A stretch of DNA of 61,097 nt, taken from contig DATDMT010000054.1 in NCBI GenBank assembly GCA_036518635.1, forward strand, positions 1 to 61,097. Direction: 5' to 3'. Below are positions 40,027 to 47,803 of this stretch, piece after piece. Origin of the DNA: Rhodocyclaceae bacterium (GTDB lineage Bacteria > Pseudomonadota > Gammaproteobacteria > Burkholderiales > Rhodocyclaceae). A program made the position numbers and the translations under genes. Each line of letters opens with the position of its first letter. Position 1 is the stretch's first letter. A model generated the notes under the pieces. It worked only from the letters and a program-made list of their open reading frames with translations, was not told the origin of the DNA and did no database searches.

Positions 40027-40291
40027 GGTCTGTTCTCATTCAGTCGGCGGATCGCGTTGCGCCCCAATCTGGATGGATGCAAGGCGGAGGGTGCTGGCAA
40101 TGGTTGTTCCATTGCCGAGCCCGACAACGCCGCAGACGCCGGATTGGGGCGCAATCCGAAGGGAAGGGGTCGGATCGGGTGCATTGCGGCGTTGCTTCCT
40201 CCTCGTTGGGGATCGCCCAACCACGTCGGTCGCGCCTTGCACTGCGCCCGATCCGACCCCTTCGCGACCGTCGCCTGAATGAGAACAGACC
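40027..40291. repeat. 265-nt composite palindromic element, copy 1
   Basis: Perfect 17-bp terminal inverted repeats (40027-40043 / 40275-40291). Two internal ~100-nt hairpin modules with 13-14-bp stems. Core blocks are identical to those of the copy at 46650..46914. No credible ORF. Confidence 0.85.
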
Positions 40292-40444
40292 TTGGTCCGC
40301 CATTCGTTACTGCAACGGTGGCAATTCTCGTCGGAACCCTGATGGTCTGCGGCCTGGAACGGGAAAACCCAGGCAAAATCGCGTAATATCCCCCTTTAAG
40401 CGGAGGCGTTCCCCGCAGGAGGGGAATATGCGGAAAGGCAGAGA

Positions 40445-41407
40445 ATGTCCGAACTACTGAAGAACATCGACGCACGCACCAAGCTGGCTGGCACCAACAA
40501 ACTGGAAATTCTGCTGTTCTCCCTCGGGGTGGACGGCCGTACCGGGCGTCGCGAGACCTTCGGCATCAACGTATTCAAGGTGCGCGAAGTGATGCGCACG
40601 CCGCAGATCACTGCGGCACCGGATATGCCCGGCTCGGTCAAGGGCATGGTCAGCCTGCGCGGCGTGCTGGTCCCCGTGGTGGACCTGGCGGAATACGTCG
40701 GCATGCAGCCGGAAAGCCCGCGCGACATCATGATCGTCACCGAATACGCGGGCCACACCCAGGGCTTCCTGGTCGAGGGCGTGGATACGATTCTGCGGCT
40801 CGACTGGGCGCAGATGCGGGTGCCGCCGGAAATGCTGGTGTCCAACCTGGGCGGCCTGGTGACCGCCGTCACCGAACTGCCGGATTCGCGCCTGGTGATG
40901 ATGCTCGACGTCGAGCGCATCCTGGCCGAAACCACCAACTACGACGACGATCTGCTGTTTGCCGACCTGCCGCCGATCGGCCAGGAGGGCTTGACCATCG
41001 TCTATGCCGACGACTCGTCGGTGGCCCGCAACCAGATCGAGCGCACCTTGCAGGCCCTCGGCGTGCGCGGTATCAGTGCCGTCAATGGCCGTGCTGCCTG
41101 GGATGAATTGCAGCGCATCGCCGCCCATGCCGACACCACCGGGCGCAAGGTCAAGGACATCGTCAATCTGATTTTGACCGACGTGGAAATGCCGGAGATG
41201 GACGGCTACATCCTGACCAAGCACGTCAAGTCCGATCCGCGCTTCGCCGGTATCCCGATCCTGATGCATTCGTCCCTGTCCTCCATGTCCAATCAGCAGT
41301 TGGGTCGCTCGGTGGGCGTGGACGAATATGTTTCCAAGTTCGAACCGCAGCGCTTGGCAGAAACGCTGACTCGCCTGTTGCGCGCCTCCGGCGCCATCAA
41401 GGCATAG
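40445..41407 (+). CDS. cheV: chemotaxis protein CheV (CheW-like domain + receiver)
   Basis: Contains LEILLFSLG...FGINVFKVREVMRTP...MVSLRGVLVPVVDL. C-terminal REC IVYADDSSVARN...LILTDVEMPEMDG. Confidence 0.9.
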   Translation: MSELLKNIDARTKLAGTNKLEILLFSLGVDGRTGRRETFGINVFKVREVMRTPQITAAPDMPGSVKGMVSLRGVLVPVVDLAEYVGMQPESPRDIMIVTEYAGHTQGFLVEGVDTILRLDWAQMRVPPEMLVSNLGGLVTAVTELPDSRLVMMLDVERILAETTNYDDDLLFADLPPIGQEGLTIVYADDSSVARNQIERTLQALGVRGISAVNGRAAWDELQRIAAHADTTGRKVKDIVNLILTDVEMPEMDGYILTKHVKSDPRFAGIPILMHSSLSSMSNQQLGRSVGVDEYVSKFEPQRLAETLTRLLRASGAIKA

Positions 41408-41423
41408 TTTCGGAGGCTGGTCC

Positions 41424-42392
41424 ATGACAAGCAACTCGATGGTCACTACTTCCTCGCAGAATTCCCTGCTCGACACGGTCGACGCGCGGACCAAGCTGGC
41501 CGGCTCGAACCGCATGGAAATCCTGCTGTTCGAACTGGGTACCCACGAAACCTTCGGCATCAACGTCTTCAAGGTGCGCGAAGTCAGCCGCACCCCCAAC
41601 ATCACCAAGGCGCCGAACATGCCGCAGGGGGTCGAGGGCTTGATCAGCCTGCGCGGCAATGTGATCCCGGTGGTCTCCCTGTGCCGTGTCATGGGCCTGG
41701 ATGATGCGCCGGCCGGCCTCGGCCAATCGATGATGGTGACCGAATACAGCAAGCGCACCCTCGGCTTTCTGGTGCATAGCGTAGACCGCATCATCCGCGT
41801 CGAATGGGACAAGGTGCGTGCCCCCGAGGCCGTGACCAGCGGCTCCCATGCCTACATCACGGCGATTACCGAACTCGCCGACGGCAAGCTGGTGTCCATC
41901 GTCGACGTCGAGCAGATTCTCGCCAACACCTTCGGCGAGGCCCTGGTCGGCCAGATCGAGCCGATCCGCGCCGCCGGCGATCTCGATGTGTTCTTCGTCG
42001 ACGACTCTGCCGTGGCCCGCAAGAAGATTGCCGAGGTGCTGGAGAAGCTCGGCGTCCGCCACAAGCATGCGCAGAACGGCATGGAGGCCTGGACCCGCCT
42101 GCAGGGCATGGCCAACGCCGCCCAGGCCGCCGGCCGCAGCGTTCAGGACGAGTTGAACCTGATCCTGGTCGATGCCGAGATGCCCGAGATGGACGGCTAC
42201 GTGCTGACCAAGAACATCAAATCCGATGCCCGCTTCGACGGTATCCCCGTCGTCATGCATTCCTCCCTTTCGTCCGAGGCCAACCGCGCCATGGGCAAGA
42301 GCGTCGGCGTCGATTCCTACGTCGCCAAGTTCGATGCCGATGCCTTGGCCGATACCCTGCGTCCCCTGCTGATCAAGTCCCAAAGGGACTGA
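41424..42392 (+). CDS. cheV: chemotaxis protein CheV (second paralog)
   Basis: Contains MEILLFELGTHETFGINVFKVREVSRTP...LISLRGNVIPVVSL. REC VFFVDDSAVARK...LILVDAEMPEMDG. Confidence 0.9.
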   Translation: MTSNSMVTTSSQNSLLDTVDARTKLAGSNRMEILLFELGTHETFGINVFKVREVSRTPNITKAPNMPQGVEGLISLRGNVIPVVSLCRVMGLDDAPAGLGQSMMVTEYSKRTLGFLVHSVDRIIRVEWDKVRAPEAVTSGSHAYITAITELADGKLVSIVDVEQILANTFGEALVGQIEPIRAAGDLDVFFVDDSAVARKKIAEVLEKLGVRHKHAQNGMEAWTRLQGMANAAQAAGRSVQDELNLILVDAEMPEMDGYVLTKNIKSDARFDGIPVVMHSSLSSEANRAMGKSVGVDSYVAKFDADALADTLRPLLIKSQRD

Positions 42393-42407
42393 GTCTGGAG
42401 AGTTTCA

Positions 42408-42803
42408 ATGCCTGCTGATCCGAGCAAAATCAAGTTCCTCGTTGTCGATGACTTTTCCACGATGCGGCGCATCGTGCGGAACCTGCTCAAGGAGCTCGGT
42501 TTCACCAACGTCGAAGAAGCGGAAGACGGTGCCATCGCCCTGCAAAAGCTCAAGGCGGGCAGCTTCGATTTCGTCGTCTCCGACTGGAACATGCCGAACA
42601 TGGACGGCCTGACCCTGCTGCAAACCGTGCGCGCCGATCCGGAACTGAAGCACCTGCCGGTGCTGATGATCACCGCCGAAGCGAAGAAGGAAAACATCAT
42701 CGCCGCGGCCCAGGCCGGCGCTTCCGGTTACATCGTCAAGCCGTTCACCGCGGCGACCTTGAACGAGAAGATGATCAAGATCTTCGAGAAGATGGGCCTC
42801 TGA
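42408..42803 (+). CDS. cheY: chemotaxis response regulator CheY (motor-binding type)
   Basis: 131 aa: [24 protein letters not shown]...[13 protein letters not shown]...[13 protein letters not shown]...GYIVKPF, very close to enteric CheY. Confidence 0.95.
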   Translation: MPADPSKIKFLVVDDFSTMRRIVRNLLKELGFTNVEEAEDGAIALQKLKAGSFDFVVSDWNMPNMDGLTLLQTVRADPELKHLPVLMITAEAKKENIIAAAQAGASGYIVKPFTAATLNEKMIKIFEKMGL

Positions 42804-42812
42804 GGACGCGCC

Positions 42813-43646
42813 ATGGGAACCCCGGCAAAATTCGACGAATCCGGCGACTCTGACGATCTGCAGGCGCTGTTCGACAACATCGCGGGCGCCAGTGCGGCCC
42901 CGCCGCCACCGCCGCCGCCGGCGAACAATTCCGCTGGCGACTCCGACGATCTGCAGGCGCTGTTCGATAGCGTTGCCTCCGAGGTCGCCCAGCCGAGTAC
43001 GGCGGCGCCTGCGGCAGCCGTCGCCAGCGATGGCGCCGACCAGGCGGATGCGGTGTTCAATCGTCTCGGCACCCTGGCCCGGCAACTCCACGAGAGCATG
43101 CGCGAGCTTGGCTACGACCGCATGCTGGAAGATTCCGCGCGGCAGATTCCCGACGCCCGCCAGCGCCTGACCTACATCGCCCAGATGACCGAACAGGCGG
43201 CCAGTCGCGTGCTGAACGCCACCGATGTGGCCAAGCCGATCCAGGACCGCCTGATGGCCCAATCCGCCGACCTGGGCAAGCGCTGGGATCGGATGTTCGC
43301 CAATCAGTTGTCCGTGGACGAGTTCAAGGCCCTGGCCGCTGACAGCCGGAATTTCTTCCTGCAGGGGCCCGGCCAGATGAAGACCGTGAACGACCAGTTG
43401 ATGGAAATCGTCATGGCCCAGGACTTCCAGGACCTCACCGGCCAGGTGATCAAGAAGGTCGTGGAAATGGTCCAGGACCTCGAGTCGCAACTGCTCTCGG
43501 TGCTGATCGAAGCCATGCCCGAAGAGAGAAAGGCCGAAGCGCCGGAAGGCTTGCTGAACGGCCCGGTGATCAATGCCGCAGGTCGCGTCGATGTGGTGAC
43601 CAGCCAAACTCAGGTCGATGACCTGCTGGAGAGCCTGGGCTTCTAG
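42813..43646 (+). CDS. cheZ: CheY-P phosphatase CheZ
   Basis: Contains RQRLTYIAQMTEQAASRVLNATD and the catalytic-Gln region IVMAQDFQDLTGQVIKKV. C-terminal CheY-binding peptide QVDDLLESLGF. Confidence 0.9.
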   Translation: MGTPAKFDESGDSDDLQALFDNIAGASAAPPPPPPPANNSAGDSDDLQALFDSVASEVAQPSTAAPAAAVASDGADQADAVFNRLGTLARQLHESMRELGYDRMLEDSARQIPDARQRLTYIAQMTEQAASRVLNATDVAKPIQDRLMAQSADLGKRWDRMFANQLSVDEFKALAADSRNFFLQGPGQMKTVNDQLMEIVMAQDFQDLTGQVIKKVVEMVQDLESQLLSVLIEAMPEERKAEAPEGLLNGPVINAAGRVDVVTSQTQVDDLLESLGF

Positions 43647-43674
43647 CCCGGCCGCGTGAAAGAAGGAGCGAGCC

Positions 43675-45588
43675 ATGAGTGACTTTCAGGGAATGGAAGA
43701 CCTGCTGCAGGATTTCCTGGTCGAGGCCACCGATCTGCTGTCGGGGGTGGACAACAAACTGGTGGATCTGGAGCAAAGCCCGCAGGATCATGGCCTGCTG
43801 AACGACATCTTCCGCGGCTTCCACACCATCAAGGGCGGCGCCGGCTTTCTCAACGCCACCGAGCTGGTGACCCTCTGCCACCTCACCGAAAACCTGTTTG
43901 ACCGCCTGCGCAACGGCGAGATGACCGTCAATGGCGAGCTGATGGACGTGATCCTCAACGCCACCGGCGCCGTGCGCGACATGTTCGGCGCCCTGGAGAG
44001 TGGCATGCAGCCGTCGCCCGCGCCTGCGCAACTGATTGCCGCGCTCAAGGCCGCACTGGCCGGCGAACCGGTGGCCGCCGCGGCTGCCGCCGCGCCCGTG
44101 GCTGCCGCTGCGGCGCCCGTTGCTGCGGCGCCCGCTGCGCCTGGTGCTGGCCCCGATTGGGACCAGCTCTTTTCCGCCGTCGCCAACACGCCGGCCGCTG
44201 CCGCACCCGCTCCCAGCGCCGTGGTCCCTGCGCCGGCACCGGCCATGCACCATGAAGTCAGCGGCGAGTCCCCCGAGCAGATCATCACCGCCGCCATCGG
44301 CCGCCGCACCACCGACAAGCCGGGCGTCCAGTCTGCCCCGGTGGGCCGTCGCGAAACCGAAAAGTCGCGCGACAACTCGATCCGCGTCGACACCTCGCGC
44401 CTCGACCAGGTGCTCAACCTGTCCGGCGAAATCGGCCTGACCAAGAACCGCCTCAACTCGCTGCGCTCCGACATCCTCAACGGCCGCAACGACACCGACA
44501 CCCTGCACGCCCTCGACCAGGCCGTCAGCCAGCTCGACCTGCTGGTCTCCGATCTGCAAAACGCGGTGATGAAGACCCGCATGCAGCCGATCGGCCGGCT
44601 GTTCCAGAAATACCCGCGGATCGCTCGCGATCTAGCGCGCTCCCTGGGCAAGGATGTCGAACTGCTGTTGATCGGCGAAGACACCGAAATCGACAAGACC
44701 ATGATCGAGGATCTTTCCGACCCGATCATCCACTTGATCCGCAATGCCGTGGACCACGGCATCGAGCCGACCGAAGAACGCGCCGCCCTCGGCAAGTCTC
44801 TGAAGTCCCAGGTGCGCCTCGAAGCCCGCCAGGAAGGCGACCACATCGTCCTCGTGGTGGCCGACGACGGCCGCGGCATGAACGCCGAACGGCTGCGCGC
44901 CAAAGCCCTGGAGAAAGGCCTCATCACCGATGAAGAGGCCAACACCATGGACGAGCGGCAGAGCTACAACCTGGTCTTCCTGCCCGGCTTCTCCACCAAG
45001 GATGTGGCGTCCGACGTTTCCGGCCGCGGCGTCGGCATGGACGTGGTGAAGACCAACATCCAGAAGCTCAACGGCTCCATCGAAATCAAGTGCGTCGCCG
45101 GCAAGGGCACCACCTTCATCATCTCCCTGCCGCTGACCCTGGCCATCCTGCCGGTGCTGCTGGTGCAGCTCGGCCAGCAGCCCTTCGCCGTGCCGCTGTC
45201 GATGGTCCGCGAAATCCTTCCGATCGACGTCAGCGCCATTCAGGAAGTCGGCGGCCGCGCCACCATGGTGGTGCGCGGCGAAGTGATGCCGATCTACCCG
45301 TTGTCCCACCTGCTGGGCTGGCGCCCGGTGGGCATCCCCGGCTACGGTGTGCTGATGCAGACCGCGGAGCAGGCCTTTATCCTCGCCATCGACGGCTTCA
45401 TGGGTCGCGAAGACGCGGTGATCAAGTCCCTCGACGATTTCCGTCCGAAGGGCGTGGCCGGCGTCACCACCCTGTCCAACGGCCAGATCGTGCTGATCCT
45501 GGATATCAAGGAACTGCTGGTTGCCCTCGGCGAGGCTCGCGGCGTACCGCGTTCCGCATTGCTGCCGTCCGTGGCGGACGCCGCTTGA
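43675..45588 (+). CDS. cheA: second chemotaxis histidine kinase CheA (637 aa, Ala/Pro linker in place of P2)
   Basis: Hpt site FRGFHTIKGGAGFL. HATPase motifs HLIRNAVDHGIE, DDGRGM and GRGVGMDVV. Has a P5 CheW-like domain. Confidence 0.95.
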   Translation: MSDFQGMEDLLQDFLVEATDLLSGVDNKLVDLEQSPQDHGLLNDIFRGFHTIKGGAGFLNATELVTLCHLTENLFDRLRNGEMTVNGELMDVILNATGAVRDMFGALESGMQPSPAPAQLIAALKAALAGEPVAAAAAAAPVAAAAAPVAAAPAAPGAGPDWDQLFSAVANTPAAAAPAPSAVVPAPAPAMHHEVSGESPEQIITAAIGRRTTDKPGVQSAPVGRRETEKSRDNSIRVDTSRLDQVLNLSGEIGLTKNRLNSLRSDILNGRNDTDTLHALDQAVSQLDLLVSDLQNAVMKTRMQPIGRLFQKYPRIARDLARSLGKDVELLLIGEDTEIDKTMIEDLSDPIIHLIRNAVDHGIEPTEERAALGKSLKSQVRLEARQEGDHIVLVVADDGRGMNAERLRAKALEKGLITDEEANTMDERQSYNLVFLPGFSTKDVASDVSGRGVGMDVVKTNIQKLNGSIEIKCVAGKGTTFIISLPLTLAILPVLLVQLGQQPFAVPLSMVREILPIDVSAIQEVGGRATMVVRGEVMPIYPLSHLLGWRPVGIPGYGVLMQTAEQAFILAIDGFMGREDAVIKSLDDFRPKGVAGVTTLSNGQIVLILDIKELLVALGEARGVPRSALLPSVADAA

Positions 45589-45617
45589 TCGGCTTGCTAT
45601 AATCCGCCCCTGATTTT

Positions 45618-45693
<76 letters not shown>

Positions 45694-45700
45694 AATAAAA

Positions 45701-45726
45701 AGGCCACCCAAACGGGTGGCCTTTTT
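45701..45726 (+). terminator. rho-independent terminator after tRNA-Ala
   Basis: AGGCCACCC (45701-45709) / GGGTGGCCT (45714-45722): 9-bp stem, AAAC loop, then TTTTT. Confidence 0.8.
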
Positions 45727-45849
45727 CCTTGTCTACAGTGCTTGCACGACGGGCAAAATGCCCCTGACAGCGCCTGGTAAAGCTAGTACCTTGGTTCTAG
45801 TTCTGCCCGCCCGGAAAGGTCCGGCGCGTCTTTGTGAAAGGCCATCCCC

Positions 45850-46650
45850 ATGTCGCTCCGTCGTCGCCTGATCCTTCTTGTCATGCTAGCCCTCGTCGGT
45901 GACGCCTATGCCCAGGATGTCGAATTGCAGGACGTGACGCGCAATCCGATGATTGGCAACTACAAGGGGTATGCCGAATTCAAAATGGCCCACTACGATA
46001 CGGCGCGGGCGATCTGGGAGGCGCTGGACGGCATCGACTACGCGGAAGGGGCGTTCAACCTGGGCATCCTCTACGAGGAGGGCCTCGGTGTCGCCAAGGA
46101 CATGTCCCGGGCGCTGGCCTACTACGAACGCGCCGCCAAGCTGGGCGGCGTGCGTGCCGCCTTCCGCCTCGGCAAGATTTACTGGTTCGGCACCCCGAGC
46201 GTGCCGCAGGACAAAGACAAGGGCCGTCAATTCCTGACCCTCGCCGCCCAGGGCGGCGACAGCGAGGCCGCCAGCTACCTGAATGCCGCTGCCCCGGTTG
46301 GCAGCCCGCTGGCGGCGGCCGATGCGGCCGAAGCCAAGGGCCAGCTTGCTGAAGCCGCGAGCATTCTGCTGGCGGCGGCAAGTGCCGGCGACCGGGCGGC
46401 GCAGACGCGCATTGCCTGGTACTACGAAGCCGGCAAGGGGGTGACGCGGGATCTGGCGGCGGCGGCGCGCTGGTTCGGCCAGGCGGCTGCGGCCGGTGAT
46501 GGCGAGGCGATGTATGCCCTGGCGGTGATGCATCGGACTGGCGCCGGGATGCCTGAGGATCACGCCAAGTCGGCGGACTGGCTGCGCCGCAGCGCGGCCG
46601 CCGGCTATGTGCCGGCCCAGCGCGAACTCAAACAGGCCGCGGCGAAGTAG
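45850..46650 (+). CDS. secreted Sel1-like (SLR/TPR-family) repeat protein
   Basis: Signal peptide MSLRRRLILLVMLALVGDAYA. Repeated A..NLG.LY..G.GV.KD...A..WY..AA..G units. Confidence 0.85.
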   Translation: MSLRRRLILLVMLALVGDAYAQDVELQDVTRNPMIGNYKGYAEFKMAHYDTARAIWEALDGIDYAEGAFNLGILYEEGLGVAKDMSRALAYYERAAKLGGVRAAFRLGKIYWFGTPSVPQDKDKGRQFLTLAAQGGDSEAASYLNAAAPVGSPLAAADAAEAKGQLAEAASILLAAASAGDRAAQTRIAWYYEAGKGVTRDLAAAARWFGQAAAAGDGEAMYALAVMHRTGAGMPEDHAKSADWLRRSAAAGYVPAQRELKQAAAK

Positions 46651-46914
46651 AGCCTATTCCAGTAGGGATCGTGTGCCGCGCAGTGGGATGGCGGGATGCA
46701 GTGCAAGGCGCCTGGCGCGCGGTGCAGTCATCTGCACAAGCGACGGGCAACGCCGCAATGCGCCCGCCATCTCGCTGCCCTCCGGGTTGAGGCCAGGGGC
46801 GGCGTCTGCGGCGTTGCAGCCCTTGCCCGTAGATGACTACAGGCAGCGGACTGCGCCTTGCATCCATCCACCCCTGGCCTCAACGCGGCGCACGAGCCCT
46901 ACTGGAATAGGCTC
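46650..46914. repeat. 265-nt composite palindromic element, copy 2 (inverted relative to copy 1)
   Basis: Perfect 18-bp terminal inverted repeats (46650-46667 / 46897-46914). It fills the whole spacer between two convergent stop codons. Four core blocks are identical to copy 1 in reverse complement. Confidence 0.85.
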
Positions 46915-47469
46915 TTAGCCGCCAGTGCGGCTGCGGTCCCACAGCACGTCGCCCTGGCCGGCGCTGAGATTCAGCCAGCGCGCCAGCACGAACAGCAGGT
47001 CGGACAAGCGATTCACATATTGCCGGGCAGTATCGGAGACCGGACTGTCCCGATGCAGGGTGATCACGCTGCGCTCGGCGCGGCGGCTGACCGCCCGCGC
47101 CAGGTGGCAAACCGCGGCGCTGCGTTCGCCGCCGGGCAGGATGAATTCCTTCAGCGGTTGCAACTGGCTGTTGTAGCGGTCGATGGCCTGCTCCAGATAG
47201 GCCGGCTGGCCGGTGCCGAGCAGGGCGCTGCCGGGAATGCACAGCTCGCCGCCGAGATCGAACAGATCGTGCTGAATGGTGAGCAGCAGGCGGGTGACGT
47301 CCAGCGGCAGGGATTCGCACAACAGCAGGCCGATCAGCGAGTTCAACTCGTCGATGTCGCCCATCGCGGCGACCCGCGGCGCGTCCTTGTCGATCCGTGT
47401 ACCGTCGCCCAAGCCGGTGGTTCCGGCGTCGCCGGTACGGGTATAAATCTTCGAAAGTCGGTGGCCCAT
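46915..47469 (-). CDS. ATP:cob(I)alamin adenosyltransferase, PduO type
   Basis: Starts MGHRLSKIYTRTGDAGTTGLGDGTRIDKDAPRVAAMGDIDELNSLIG, the typical PduO/MMAB N-terminus. Confidence 0.9.
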   Translation of the reverse strand: MGHRLSKIYTRTGDAGTTGLGDGTRIDKDAPRVAAMGDIDELNSLIGLLLCESLPLDVTRLLLTIQHDLFDLGGELCIPGSALLGTGQPAYLEQAIDRYNSQLQPLKEFILPGGERSAAVCHLARAVSRRAERSVITLHRDSPVSDTARQYVNRLSDLLFVLARWLNLSAGQGDVLWDRSRTGG

Positions 47470-47545
47470 TGGGGCCGGATTATACGGGCTGGTGCGGCTT
47501 TGCCGCGTGTTACCATCAAGTCACCGATTGGAGTCCCCACCCGAA

Positions 47546-47794
47546 ATGTCCGACAACCGCCAACCCGCCGAAGAACGTCGCAGCGACGGCGCCTTGCGCG
47601 AAATTTTTAGCGAAGCCTACGACCTGCTGGAGCCGTTTTTCGACCCGGCCAACGCGTGGGCCGGCCAATCCCACGAGCATCTGGCCTTCCGTGCCCTCCA
47701 TGAGCGTTTTCCGGCGCTGCCGCCGCAACAGGTTCTGGTGCTCGTGACCGCCGCGAAGCGGGTGTTCGCCACCGGCCGCGCGCCCGCTCCCTGA
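47546..47794 (+). CDS. hypothetical protein (82 aa)
   Basis: ATG internal to track ORF 47492..47794. High GC3, no recognisable motif. It ends 9 nt before the PP2C gene. Confidence 0.45.
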   Translation: MSDNRQPAEERRSDGALREIFSEAYDLLEPFFDPANAWAGQSHEHLAFRALHERFPALPPQQVLVLVTAAKRVFATGRAPAP

Positions 47795-47803
47795 CGGATT
47801 GCC

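Noticed and set aside
40070-40245. The conserved 14-17-nt blocks separated by 35-38-nt variable segments inside the 265-nt elements looked superficially like a mini CRISPR array or an integron attC site.
   Set aside because: The blocks are two pairs of inverted, non-identical sequences rather than direct repeats of one unit. The variable segments are self-complementary stems, not spacers. No cas or integrase genes are present, and I find no consistent R''/R' (RYYYAAC/GTTRRRY) core arrangement.
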